A stretch of DNA of 64,000 nt, taken from contig NZ_MWQY01000013.1 in NCBI RefSeq assembly GCF_002087085.1, positions 1 to 64,000 on the forward strand. Direction: 5' to 3'. This document shows positions 49,258-59,325 of the stretch, piece after piece. How positions within the stretch are numbered: position 1 is the first letter of the stretch; each line of letters starts with the position of its first letter. A model generated the notes under the pieces. That model was not told the origin of the DNA, did not search any database, and saw only the letters and a list, made by a program, of their open reading frames with translations. The translations under genes and the position numbers were made by a program.

Positions 49258-50538
49258 ATGAGCTCAATTCCGGTTATTTCGACGGCAAAAAACATCAACT
49301 CCCGTATAAGAGAGTATGTTTCCCGGCAGTTCTCCGGGGATGAACCGATTTTCCTCACAAAAAGGGAGGATGTCCTCGCGTATCTGAAATATGAGCTGCC
49401 CGAACTGGTGATTTATAATCTGAGCGACGGGCAGATCAACATCCGCGGAGTACTGGACGAGGTATTGAAGGATCCCTGGATTCTTTACGGAGGAATAATC
49501 GGCATATACAAAGGAAGTCTGGACCCGGAGTTTGAAGCCTACCTCAAACAGTTCAACTGCATATCTCTTATTCCTGAGTATGACCTTGATTTCAGCTTTC
49601 CCAGGGCCTTGAGAATAATCCGTCAGAACAGGAACATTCTGTTTCACCGGGACCTGTACAATAAGCTCTTCGACTCAATAAACGGTGCCTTCGTTATCGA
49701 CAACGATCCCTTCGATATAAAAACCTATGCCAATCTTTTAACCAACTATCTGTTCAATTCAGATTTTATCAATAAAGACTCCAGGGACAGGCTTCAGGTT
49801 TCCCTTATGGAGCTTCTCATGAACGCCATCGAGCATGGAAACTGCCGTATTTCCTACGAAGAAAAGAGCAGCTGGCTCAAGGATCACAATGATATCTTTG
49901 AACTGATCCGGGAGAAGAACAGAAATCCCGAAATTGCCCGGCGAAAAGTCCGGTTCAATTATCATATAACAACCGACCACAGCAGTTTCTCCATCTGTGA
50001 CGAGGGTGAGGGCTTTGACTGGCAATCGGTAATATGCAACAGTGACAGCAGGGTCAATCTGGGAAAACACGGTCATGGTATACGGATGTCCAATTACTAC
50101 ATGGGCGGGCTTGAATACAACGAGGCCGGCAACTGCGTCTCCTTTCGGATCATGCATCAGAAGGACGAGGTCAACATTGTCCCCGGAATCCTGCGGGGGC
50201 AGAAGGAACGGATATTCAATGACGGAGAGGTGGTTTTTACCGAGAACGAGGACTCGAATTACCTCTATTATATTGTCAGCGGAACCTTTGACGTTACCTC
50301 CAAGGGCAAACATCTCTCCACTCTGACGACTGCGGATATGTTTCTCGGGGAGATGTCCTTTCTGATCAATAACCGGCGTTCCGCCACGGTCACCTCCAGG
50401 GGAAGGTCGATTCTCCTGAAAATTTCCAAGGTTGATTTTGTAAATCTGATACGCCGGAATCCACACTACGGTCTCTTCCTTGCACGGCTTCTGGCTCAGC
50501 GCCTGTCCAGGTTAAATGAATATATAGCAAAAATGTAA
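49258..50538 (+). CDS. pseudo-receiver / RsbW-type HATPase / cyclic nucleotide-binding protein
   Basis: ELLMNAIEHGN, DEGEGFDW and HGHGI, then YYIVSG...FLGEMS.....RRSATV. Confidence 0.85.
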   Translation: MSSIPVISTAKNINSRIREYVSRQFSGDEPIFLTKREDVLAYLKYELPELVIYNLSDGQINIRGVLDEVLKDPWILYGGIIGIYKGSLDPEFEAYLKQFNCISLIPEYDLDFSFPRALRIIRQNRNILFHRDLYNKLFDSINGAFVIDNDPFDIKTYANLLTNYLFNSDFINKDSRDRLQVSLMELLMNAIEHGNCRISYEEKSSWLKDHNDIFELIREKNRNPEIARRKVRFNYHITTDHSSFSICDEGEGFDWQSVICNSDSRVNLGKHGHGIRMSNYYMGGLEYNEAGNCVSFRIMHQKDEVNIVPGILRGQKERIFNDGEVVFTENEDSNYLYYIVSGTFDVTSKGKHLSTLTTADMFLGEMSFLINNRRSATVTSRGRSILLKISKVDFVNLIRRNPHYGLFLARLLAQRLSRLNEYIAKM

Positions 50539-50617
50539 TTTCCCGGGTCCCTCCACGAAAATCCCCCAAGGCAGATGCTCCTTTCTATTGATGATTCTTC
50601 CGGTTTACTGATACATT

Positions 50618-50699
50618 AGACGCACACGACTGGCGCTGCTTTGAAGGCGGAATCGACCGCCGGGAAGTTATCCGCCGTTGTCCCGCGCGCCTGGGGACG
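50618..50699 (+). ncRNA. ZMP/ZTP (pfl) riboswitch
   Basis: GACTGGCG, P2 ggcgg/ccgcc, GGGAAG, linker and a P3 hairpin with CGCCTGGG; lies upstream of glyA. P1 is weak. Confidence 0.75.
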
Positions 50700-50721
50700 C
50701 GACGCATATTTAGGAGGATTT

Positions 50722-52227
50722 ATGAACATCACCAAGGAGTATCTCTCCGCCAATCCGAATCCCGATGCCGGCGCGCTGGCGTATGTAGCCTCACTGGAGT
50801 CGGTCCATTCCGTTGCCCCGGAAATTGCCGACAAGATTGTGCAGGAACTCGCGGACCAGCGGACGAACCTGAAGCTTATCGCCAGCGAAAACTACTGTTC
50901 CCTGCCGACCCAGCTGGCGATGGGAAACCTGTTAACCGACAAGTATTCCGAGGGTTTCCCCTACCACCGCTTCTACGCCGGCTGCGATAACGTCGATGCC
51001 GTCGAGAGCAGGGCGGCGCAGATTGCCTGTGAGATTTTCGGCGCCGATTACGCCTATGTTCAGCCTCATTCGGGAGCCGATGCCAACCTGATCGCCTACT
51101 GGGCCATATTGAACCAGCGCATAGAGGTTCCGGGCCTGGAGGAGATTGGCGAGTCCAATCCCTCGAACCTTTCCCGGGAGGACTGGGACAGACTGCGGGA
51201 ACGTCTCGGAAACCAGCGGCTCCTGGGCCTGGATTACTATTCCGGCGGACACCTGACCCACGGATACCGCCACAATGTTTCCGCCCAGATGTTTGATTCC
51301 TACACCTATACGGTTGACCGTGAGACGGGACTTCTCGACTATGACGCCATCGAGGCCCAGGCCGAGGAGATCAAACCCCTGATTCTGCTGGCCGGTTACA
51401 GCGCCTATCCCCGGAAGATCGATTTCAAACGTATGCGCCGGATCGCCGACAAGGTCGGGGCGGTGCTTATGGTGGACATGGCCCACTTTGCCGGTCTTGT
51501 CGCCGGAGGTGTCTTCAGCGGAGATTTCGATCCCGTGGCCCACGCCCATGTAGTCACCACTACCACCCACAAGACCCTCAGGGGACCCCGGGGCGGAATG
51601 ATTCTCTGCACGGAGGAGTTCGCCGAAGCCGTCAACAAAGGATGCCCCATGGTAATCGGCGGGCCGCTGCCCCACATCATGGCCGCCAAGGCGGTAGCCT
51701 TTACCGAAGCGGCCAAGCCGGAGTTCAGGGAATATGCAGCCAGGATTGTAGATAACTGTCAGACCCTTGCTGCGGACTGCCAGGCCGAGGGAATGACTAT
51801 CGCCACCGGCGGGACGGACAATCACCTGTTTCTTATCGATGTGCGGGGTTTCGGGCTAACCGGCCGTCAGGCGGAGAGCGTGCTTCGGGAATGCGGTATT
51901 ACCCTGAACCGGAACTCCCTTCCCTTTGATCCCAACGGTGCCTGGTATACCTCGGGTCTGCGTGTAGGTACCGCCGCCGTTACCACCCTGGGAATGGGAA
52001 AAGGCGAGATGAAAGAGATTGCCTCAATCATCGGTACTGTACTCGGCAATACCCGCCCCGCCACCGTTACGAAGGGAAAGAACGCAGGAAAGTCCAGCAA
52101 AGCCAGGTATGAAATATCTGAAGAGGTGGCAGCGGCAGCAAAGCAGAGGGTAAGGGATCTTCTGTCGAGGTTCCCTGTATACCCGGAACTGGACCTTAAC
52201 TTTATGCAGGAGCATTTTCAGGACTAA
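50722..52227 (+). CDS. glyA: serine hydroxymethyltransferase
   Basis: [23 protein letters not shown] and [16 protein letters not shown] at 50722 follows AGGAGG. Confidence 0.96.
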   Translation: MNITKEYLSANPNPDAGALAYVASLESVHSVAPEIADKIVQELADQRTNLKLIASENYCSLPTQLAMGNLLTDKYSEGFPYHRFYAGCDNVDAVESRAAQIACEIFGADYAYVQPHSGADANLIAYWAILNQRIEVPGLEEIGESNPSNLSREDWDRLRERLGNQRLLGLDYYSGGHLTHGYRHNVSAQMFDSYTYTVDRETGLLDYDAIEAQAEEIKPLILLAGYSAYPRKIDFKRMRRIADKVGAVLMVDMAHFAGLVAGGVFSGDFDPVAHAHVVTTTTHKTLRGPRGGMILCTEEFAEAVNKGCPMVIGGPLPHIMAAKAVAFTEAAKPEFREYAARIVDNCQTLAADCQAEGMTIATGGTDNHLFLIDVRGFGLTGRQAESVLRECGITLNRNSLPFDPNGAWYTSGLRVGTAAVTTLGMGKGEMKEIASIIGTVLGNTRPATVTKGKNAGKSSKARYEISEEVAAAAKQRVRDLLSRFPVYPELDLNFMQEHFQD

Positions 52228-52243
52228 TTCGAGGAGAAAACCC

Positions 52244-54094
52244 ATGGCAAATACAACAAAACCTGCGCGGACACTGCGCAGCACCACTACGACCTTCGGC
52301 CGCAGGATGGCGGGGGCCAGAAGCCTGTGGCGGGCAAACGGCATGAAGGAGGAACAGTTCGGTAAGCCGATAATAGGCATTGCCAACTCTTTTACCCAGT
52401 TTGTTCCCGGCCATGTGCATCTGCACAGCATAGGACAGCAGGTGAAGGAATGGATCGAGGAGCAGGGCTGTTTCGCGGCGGAGTTCAACACCATCGCCAT
52501 CGACGACGGTATTGCCATGGGACACGACGGCATGCTCTACAGTCTGCCGTCCCGGGACCTTATCGCCGACAGTGTCGAATACATGGTCAATGCCCACAAG
52601 GTGGACGCCCTGGTCTGCATCTCCAACTGCGACAAGATCACCCCGGGCATGCTGATCGCAGCCATGCGCCTGAATATTCCCACAATCTTTGTCTCCGGCG
52701 GTCCCATGGAAGCCGGCCGGGTAGGGGAGAACCGCTACGATCTTATAGACGCCATGGTCATGGCCGCCGACTCCAAGGTCGACGACGAGACATTGACCCA
52801 GGTGGAACAGAACGCCTGTCCTACCTGCGGTTCCTGTTCAGGCATGTTTACCGCCAACTCCATGAACTGTCTGGCCGAGGCAATCGGACTGGCACTGCCG
52901 GGGAACGGCACCATAGTGGCGACCAATGAAAAGCGTATCGATCTTTTCAGGTCAGCGGCGAAACGCATTGTTGAAATGGCCGAGGCCTACTACTTCAAGG
53001 GCGATGAATCCGTTCTGCCGCGATCGGTGGCGAATCGCCAGGCCTTCCTGAACGCCATGAGCCTCGATATCGCCATGGGCGGATCTACCAATACCATCCT
53101 GCATCTTCTTGCCATCGCCCTGGCCGGGGAGGTCGATTTTACCATCGACGATATAGACAGGCTTTCCCGCAGGGTTCCCTGCCTCTGCAAGGTTGCCCCC
53201 AGTTCTTCCTACCACGTGGAAGATGTAAACCGGGCTGGAGGAATCCTCGGCATCATGGCAGAGCTCGACAGAGCCGGTCTACTGGATACCTCCGCAGGAC
53301 GGGTTGACGGTCTCAGTCTGAAAGAGGCTTTAGCCCTCTACGATGTGAAGGCGTCTACAATCAGCGAAGAGGCCGATTCTGTCTACCGGGCGGCCCCCGG
53401 GGGCGGCCGCAATCTGGTTATGGGCAGCCAAAGGGCCCGCTTCAGAGAGCTGGACCTGGACCGGGAGAAAGGGTGTATACGGGATGTTTCCCATGCCTAT
53501 TACGACGACGGCGGCCTTGCCGTGCTCTACGGAAACATCTGCTCCCGGGGAGGTATTGTCAAAACCGCCGGTGTGGATCCCTCAATATTCCATTTTGAAG
53601 GCAGGGCCAGGGTGTTCTATTCCCAGGACCAGGCTGTTGAGGGGATTCTCGAAGGAAAGGTCGAGCCCGGCGACGTGGTCGTAATACTCTACGAAGGCCC
53701 AAAGGGCGGACCGGGAATGCAGGAGATGCTCTACCCGACATCCTACCTCAAGTCCATGGGGCTGGGAAAAAGCTGTGCACTGATTACGGACGGCCGTTTT
53801 TCCGGGGGGTCCTCGGGACTCTCCATCGGACACGTTTCTCCCGAGGCCGCCGCCGGCGGAGAGATTGCCCTGGTCCGGGAAGGGGATACGATTCTTATCG
53901 ATATTCCGAACCGTAAGCTGGAACTTGTAATCAGCGATGAGGAAATGAATAACAGGAAGGCGGAAATGGAAGCTAAAGGTCCCGATGCCTATAAGCCGAC
54001 CGGCCGGGAACGGGAAGTCTCGACAGCGCTGAAGATCTACTCCATATTTGCCTCTTCCGCGGACACGGGTGCGGCCCGAATGCTGCCGGAATAA
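52244..54094 (+). CDS. ilvD: dihydroxy-acid dehydratase
   Basis: [43 protein letters not shown] and TDGRFSG. Confidence 0.97.
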   Translation: MANTTKPARTLRSTTTTFGRRMAGARSLWRANGMKEEQFGKPIIGIANSFTQFVPGHVHLHSIGQQVKEWIEEQGCFAAEFNTIAIDDGIAMGHDGMLYSLPSRDLIADSVEYMVNAHKVDALVCISNCDKITPGMLIAAMRLNIPTIFVSGGPMEAGRVGENRYDLIDAMVMAADSKVDDETLTQVEQNACPTCGSCSGMFTANSMNCLAEAIGLALPGNGTIVATNEKRIDLFRSAAKRIVEMAEAYYFKGDESVLPRSVANRQAFLNAMSLDIAMGGSTNTILHLLAIALAGEVDFTIDDIDRLSRRVPCLCKVAPSSSYHVEDVNRAGGILGIMAELDRAGLLDTSAGRVDGLSLKEALALYDVKASTISEEADSVYRAAPGGGRNLVMGSQRARFRELDLDREKGCIRDVSHAYYDDGGLAVLYGNICSRGGIVKTAGVDPSIFHFEGRARVFYSQDQAVEGILEGKVEPGDVVVILYEGPKGGPGMQEMLYPTSYLKSMGLGKSCALITDGRFSGGSSGLSIGHVSPEAAAGGEIALVREGDTILIDIPNRKLELVISDEEMNNRKAEMEAKGPDAYKPTGREREVSTALKIYSIFASSADTGAARMLPE

Positions 54095-54098
54095 TGGA

Positions 54099-54247
54099 AG
54101 GCAGCTCTAAAAACGTGGTATTTTTACCATAGTCAAGGAGGAAAGATTTTGTAGCGCCCGCAAACTCTTGTGGTAACAAGTGGTGAGGACCGCGGGAAAT
54201 CTTGACGACGCCGGATATGGGGAAAAGAGTAGTTTTTAGAGGTGTCC
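54099..54247 (+). repeat. structured MITE-like element, copy B
   Basis: 16-bp imperfect TIRs aggcagctctaaaaac / gtttttagaggtgtcc (13/16), flanked by direct TGGA at 54095-54098 and 54248-54251. Confidence 0.8.
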
Positions 54248-54268
54248 TGGAAAAATAGACAGTGTCAG

Positions 54269-54302
54269 GGCGCGGCTCCTTCCGGGGTCGCGCCTTTTTT
54301 TT
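54269..54302 (+). terminator. intrinsic terminator of glyA-ilvD
   Basis: ggcgcggctcc-ttcc-ggggtcgcgcc followed by T8. Confidence 0.85.
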
Positions 54303-54336
54303 CTGTTTTACGAACGAGACTCCGGAAAAAAAGCCC

Positions 54337-55269
54337 CTACAGGGACATCAGGATAACATAGCCCGCAAAAGAGAGAATCGTATAATAGATCAGGAGCTCG
54401 CTGAAGAAGGAGATCTCCTCATGGTGATCCTCTTTAATAAACAGGGGAAGTATGAATGGCGGGGGCAGCAGGATGAAGGCGTAAAAAGCCAGCTGAAAAA
54501 AATCATCCACCCCCGGAAGTCCCTCCATGAGATGCACAAGGGCTATACCGATAACGAGGACCGCAATCCAGCGGCTTGTCAGAAGTGCCAGGGATTTTGC
54601 AAGGGGGATCCTTCTGAAGCTGATTGAATAGCCTATAATGAAAAGAATAAGGGGTGCTATAAGGGCGCTGATCATCTCGAGGCTCTTCAGGAAAGCCCTG
54701 CCAGCGATTACGCCGGAAATTTCCGGATAGATGTGAAGCACATTGACAAGGAAGCCCAGGGCAATGGAGATGGTGGTGGGGGTTTTGAAAAAATCTTTCA
54801 GTATCCGGGTGATTTCAATCTTTCCGGTTTTTCTGGAGCTGAGGATCGGAACATATACGAACCAGATAAAAATCTCGTGACCGAAGGCGATCATGGCAAT
54901 GGTGGGCAGTTTCTCCATGCCCCAGATAGCCGTAAAAAGGCCTATTCCGATCATGCCGAACTCAAAACCGGTAAAATAAGCGTTTGTGTACTCCTCGGGA
55001 AAAAGTCGGGGCAGGGTTTTATGGAGAATGCCGCCTGTGAGATAGAGGATTCCACAAAAAAGGAAGACCATAAGAAATATCCAGGTCTTTTCTATTCTCA
55101 TGTCCGCCTGGGCAAAGGCCAGAAACAGGGCACTCGGGAGGGCTATCTTTATGATAATTGTCTTGAGGCCGTCCACGGCCTCTCTGCCGAGAATGGAAAA
55201 CCTGCGAATGAGTACACCGGTTCCCAGAAGAAGAAAAACAGGAAGAAGACTGACGATCATTTGATTCAT
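54337..55269 (-). CDS. AEC (auxin efflux carrier)-like membrane transporter
   Basis: LLPVFLL.G.G and I.KIALP.ALF; about 10 TM segments. Confidence 0.7.
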   Translation of the reverse strand: MNQMIVSLLPVFLLLGTGVLIRRFSILGREAVDGLKTIIIKIALPSALFLAFAQADMRIEKTWIFLMVFLFCGILYLTGGILHKTLPRLFPEEYTNAYFTGFEFGMIGIGLFTAIWGMEKLPTIAMIAFGHEIFIWFVYVPILSSRKTGKIEITRILKDFFKTPTTISIALGFLVNVLHIYPEISGVIAGRAFLKSLEMISALIAPLILFIIGYSISFRRIPLAKSLALLTSRWIAVLVIGIALVHLMEGLPGVDDFFQLAFYAFILLPPPFILPLFIKEDHHEEISFFSELLIYYTILSFAGYVILMSL

Positions 55270-56090
55270 GCTGCCTGGTCCTTGTTCAATGAAATACTGA
55301 AGATGATGTTATAGTTACCCGAGGCCGTCGGGATATAATTGTAGCTCCCGCCGATCTGGGAGCAGAGGTTTCGTATCAGGATTACCCCCAGCTGTTTTTC
55401 AAGTACCTCTTTTGTCGATTCCGTGATTCCGGGACCCGTGTCGAAGACCCTGATTGTGTACGCTGTGTTCCCGGCAGAATCCATCGCCGTGTCAGGTGCA
55501 AGTTCAATATTCAATTCTCCGGAGCCGTCGGAAAAGGCGTAGGAATAAAGGAGGCTGATAACTTCGTTGACAATCAGGGCAAGGGGGGTAGCCAGGTCAA
55601 CCCCGCAAAAAAGCTGATTTTCATTCATCCTGTAGTTGATTCTGACCCCGGGTTTTTTTACGGAGTAGTATGCGTCGGCCGCAATATACCGCAGCAGCTC
55701 AGCGATTTGGACCTTCAGCAGAATACCGGAGTGCAGCATCCGTTCGTATACCTGGGCCATTACCTGTATCCTGCGTCCTGTTTCGGAAAAATTGGCTGCT
55801 TCAGAGGGCAGCAGGGCGGAGTTTCGTCCCAGGTTAAGAAGACTTGATATAATCTGGAAGTTGTTTTTTACACGATGATGGACCTCTTCCAGAAGAATGC
55901 TTTTTTCTTCCACCAGGTTCTCCAGTTCTTTCTCCCGTTCCTCCAGGGTATGGACCGTCTCGATGAGTTTTGCCCGTTCCTCCTTCAGCTCCCGGATATT
56001 CTCAAGCAGTTGAGGATAATAGCTCTTTCTTGCCGAGCTTTCACCCAGGCCGATTATCTTGTCCCGTATTTTCTTATTGCTGTTACTCAT
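55266..56090 (-). CDS. small cytoplasmic HisKA_2 histidine kinase-like protein with an ErcS-like N-terminal motif
   Basis: IIGLGESSARKSYYPQL, coiled coil, EVHHRVKNNFQIISSLL and DTGPG. Confidence 0.8.
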   Translation of the reverse strand: MSNSNKKIRDKIIGLGESSARKSYYPQLLENIRELKEERAKLIETVHTLEEREKELENLVEEKSILLEEVHHRVKNNFQIISSLLNLGRNSALLPSEAANFSETGRRIQVMAQVYERMLHSGILLKVQIAELLRYIAADAYYSVKKPGVRINYRMNENQLFCGVDLATPLALIVNEVISLLYSYAFSDGSGELNIELAPDTAMDSAGNTAYTIRVFDTGPGITESTKEVLEKQLGVILIRNLCSQIGGSYNYIPTASGNYNIIFSISLNKDQAA

Positions 56091-57277
56091 TTTTGTATTT
56101 TTCGGTGGAGGATTTTTTCATAGATTTTTATAAGATCGTCTGTATCCGCATCTTTCGGGTTTGTTACCGTACACGGATCGTTCAGGGCCCGGTAGGCCAG
56201 CTTGTTCACCGTTGTCTCATCGATCGCTCCGGCATCGAGGGAGTTCCCCAGGAACAAAAGTTCCCGCAGGTCCTTCAGGGCTTCCTTCAGGACATGAGGG
56301 GTGCTTTGCAGCGGTATATCCTCCAATGCCCTGCGGGAAAGAACTGCAGCAACCCGGCGGTACCTTTCCGGTTCAGCGTCAAAATTAAACAGAGATACAT
56401 GCTCCAGCAGCAGGGAGTTGCAGAGTCCGTGGGGCAGATCGAGCAATCCCCCCAGGGAATGGGCCATGGCATGGACGAGGCCCAGGCTTGCATTGGAAAA
56501 GGCGAGTCCCGCAAGAAGACTTCCCATCATGATTCCCGACCGTACCGTACTGTCCCGGGGTTTATTGATAACCCGGGGCAGATACAGGGCGAGGTACTCC
56601 ATGGCTCTGAGGGCGTGCATATCCGTAACCGGGCTTGAGGCATTGGATACAAACGCCTCCACCGCGTGGGTCAGGGCGTCCATTCCGGTTTCCGCGCTGA
56701 GGGCCATGTCCATGGTTTTAGTTGTTTCCGGATCAATCAGACTTATATCGGGGACAACCCCTTTGCTGACGATGGCAATCTTGTTGGAATTTCCGGTATC
56801 CAGAATGATAGCGAACTGGGAAACATCCGCCGAGGTACCTGCAGTGGTGGGTATGCAGATAAGGGGAGGCATGGGTACGGGAACATTGTCTACGCCTTCA
56901 AAGGAGAGTATGCTCCTGTCATTGGAAACGACGATCCCGATTCCCTTGGCGCAGTCAATGGGACTCCCCCCGCCGACAACCAGTATCATGCTGCAGTCGT
57001 TCTGCAGATAGAACTCCGCGCCTTTCATGACCTCGGTATCCCGGGGATTCGGGCTGACGGAGTCATACAGGGCATAGGGTATCCGGTTCTGCCGGAGGAG
57101 CGCTGCAATCTCTTCCGTCCAGCCTGCATCTTCCACACCCGGGTCGGACACAAGCAGTACCTTGCCGCCTCCGAAGGTCCGGATATAATCGGGACAGCGT
57201 TTTCGGGCGCCGATGCCGAAAATAAACTCCGGGGCTACAAACTTTCTCATTTCCGTCAGGCCGTGATCAACCTGCAT
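56087..57277 (-). CDS. ercA: iron-containing alcohol dehydrogenase-like regulator (ErcA-like)
   Basis: RKFVAPEFIFG, GGGSPIDCAKG, GMDALTHA, GLVHAMAH and LPHG; adjacent to a KSYYP kinase. Confidence 0.75.
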   Translation of the reverse strand: MQVDHGLTEMRKFVAPEFIFGIGARKRCPDYIRTFGGGKVLLVSDPGVEDAGWTEEIAALLRQNRIPYALYDSVSPNPRDTEVMKGAEFYLQNDCSMILVVGGGSPIDCAKGIGIVVSNDRSILSFEGVDNVPVPMPPLICIPTTAGTSADVSQFAIILDTGNSNKIAIVSKGVVPDISLIDPETTKTMDMALSAETGMDALTHAVEAFVSNASSPVTDMHALRAMEYLALYLPRVINKPRDSTVRSGIMMGSLLAGLAFSNASLGLVHAMAHSLGGLLDLPHGLCNSLLLEHVSLFNFDAEPERYRRVAAVLSRRALEDIPLQSTPHVLKEALKDLRELLFLGNSLDAGAIDETTVNKLAYRALNDPCTVTNPKDADTDDLIKIYEKILHRKIQK

Positions 57278-58483
57278 TCAGGATATCGCCTTCCTTAAAA
57301 TATAAGCTTCTGAAACGGGAACTGCAGTTCTAATATAATAATATGATCCGTGGTCGGCCTTTGCAACAGGAAGCAAATCCTTATCCAATAAAACAAAAGC
57401 GGTATCCGCCAGAAAGGCTGTGTCCGGGCCTAGGAACTCTATTCTGTCTTCCGCCAGGATCTGGTTTTTAACGTTCAGTTCCCAGGTGCCCGGATGTTCA
57501 GGGTGCTGTTTTCCCAAACTCCCGAGAAACATGTAGCGCCGCTGGTAGCTTGTCCGGGTGGGCTCCTCTATATCCGTTTTACTGAAGTAGAAGCCCGTGG
57601 AGTACTCCCGGTGGCTTACGTTAAAAAGCTCCTCTCTGTAGGCGGAAAAATCCGGATCAGCCTCTCCCTCCAGACTGTCCAGGGCTTTACGGTAGGCCCT
57701 GGTCACGACGGCGGTGTAATAGATCGACTTCATTCTTCCCTCGATCTTGAAGGAATTGATCCCGGAATCTTTCAGCTCTTTCAGGTGGTCGATCATGCAG
57801 AGGTCTTTGGAGGAGAGGATCGTGGTAAATCCTTCACCGGTCTCCACCGGGTAGTACTCCCCGGGTCGCTTCGACTCCTCCAGGACCCGGTAGTCCCAGC
57901 GGCAGGAGTGGGAGCAGTTTCCTTCGTTGGCACTTCTGCCCGCCATGTAGGCGCTTAAAAAACAGCGTCCCGAGTAGGCGAGACACATGGCACCGTGAAC
58001 AAAGGCCTCCAGTTCAATCTCCGGAACGGCCCGGCGGATCTCTTCAATGTCGGCGAGGGAGGTTTCCCGTCCTAGGATTATGCGACGGAAGCCCAGATCC
58101 CGGTAGACCTTGACGGCCTCTCCGTTTATACAGTTCGCCTGGGTGGACAGATGCAGAGGGGTGTCGGGAAACCGCCGCTGCAGAAGCCGGGCTGCCCCCA
58201 GGTCGGAGACGATAAAGGCATCCAGGGGGTACTCTCCCAGATAGTCCAGGTTTTCCTCCAGGGAGCGGATGTCCGAGGGGTGAAAATAGATATTCAAAGC
58301 GGCGTAAAGCTTTCGATCTCCCTTGATTCTGCGGATTATTTCGAACTCTTCGTCGTGGAAATTCTCCGCCCTGGCCCGGAGGGAGAAGGCCTTGATTCCG
58401 ATATAGGCCGCATCGGCTCCATAGCTGTAGGCATAGCTCAGTTTTTCCAGGTTCCCCGCGGGGGCAAGCAGTTCGCTCTTCAC
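57278..58483 (-). CDS. peptidase U32 family protein (TrhP-like tRNA hydroxylase)
   Basis: ELLAPAG, HLSTQAN, FVHGAMC.AYSGRC, CSHSCR and KIEGRMK. Confidence 0.88.
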   Translation of the reverse strand: MKSELLAPAGNLEKLSYAYSYGADAAYIGIKAFSLRARAENFHDEEFEIIRRIKGDRKLYAALNIYFHPSDIRSLEENLDYLGEYPLDAFIVSDLGAARLLQRRFPDTPLHLSTQANCINGEAVKVYRDLGFRRIILGRETSLADIEEIRRAVPEIELEAFVHGAMCLAYSGRCFLSAYMAGRSANEGNCSHSCRWDYRVLEESKRPGEYYPVETGEGFTTILSSKDLCMIDHLKELKDSGINSFKIEGRMKSIYYTAVVTRAYRKALDSLEGEADPDFSAYREELFNVSHREYSTGFYFSKTDIEEPTRTSYQRRYMFLGSLGKQHPEHPGTWELNVKNQILAEDRIEFLGPDTAFLADTAFVLLDKDLLPVAKADHGSYYYIRTAVPVSEAYILRKAIS

Positions 58484-59325
58484 GGCAGACGCCGTTCCTG
58501 GAAGAAGCTTCGGTGGGCATCGAGGAAATAGAGGAAATTATGCTGAATCCCTTCAAAAAAGAGCTCAGTCATGCGTGCAGCCGGCCGCCCGATATAGCGG
58601 TAATGCCAGCTTTCCCAGGCGTATCCGGTCAAATCCTCGTAGCCTTCAGGGTATGAGAGGGAGAAGCCGAAGCGCCAGGCATTCTTTTTCAGCCAGCGGC
58701 CTTCGGGGGTTTCCGCAAAAGCGTCGGTAATGGAGCCGAAGTCAACGGTAGTCCCCAGCTGATGCTGACTGGTTCCCGGCCGGGCGGAGATCCTGTCAGC
58801 GGCTTCCTGTCCCATCTGGTTCACGTGCCGCTGGTAAACCTGTTTCTGGTAATCATAGGAGCGGTAGCTTGAGGAGTAGACAAGCTTGAGCCCTTCGTTT
58901 CGGGCGGCCTGGTCCATGGCCAGGAGATCCGGCATTATTCGTTCCCGGAGGCTCAGGTCCTTTCTGTTCAGTGTAAGGGGGAACTCCGTCAGGGCGACGA
59001 GGTCCTCCGGTGTGTAATCCTCCGGAAGGGTATGCTTCTTGTCGGCAATAAGGAAGAGATCCTCCGGTTCCTTCAGGATCTCCCGCATCAAAAGCAGAAA
59101 CTCCGCGGGGCGGACCATGATTGCCTCAGCGGTCCCCGGATTCGCGTTATCTGCGGCAAAGCGGGCAAGGTCGTCCCGGGACAGGGAGAAGTCCGGAATA
59201 AGCGGAAACGGATTCTCCCCGGCCTTTGCGGCTTTGTCCTCCGCCGGCTCTATTGTCTCCTCTCCGATTCCGGGAGAGCATGAGACCAGCACAAGCAGCA
59301 GAGCAAGGTTTATAAGGAGCCTCAT
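58480..59325 (-). CDS. M15B D,D-carboxypeptidase lipoprotein (VanY-like)
   Basis: Lipobox LVSC, SSYRSY..Q, SARPGTSQHQLG..VD and ESWHYRY. Confidence 0.87.
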   Translation of the reverse strand: MRLLINLALLLVLVSCSPGIGEETIEPAEDKAAKAGENPFPLIPDFSLSRDDLARFAADNANPGTAEAIMVRPAEFLLLMREILKEPEDLFLIADKKHTLPEDYTPEDLVALTEFPLTLNRKDLSLRERIMPDLLAMDQAARNEGLKLVYSSSYRSYDYQKQVYQRHVNQMGQEAADRISARPGTSQHQLGTTVDFGSITDAFAETPEGRWLKKNAWRFGFSLSYPEGYEDLTGYAWESWHYRYIGRPAARMTELFFEGIQHNFLYFLDAHRSFFQERRLP

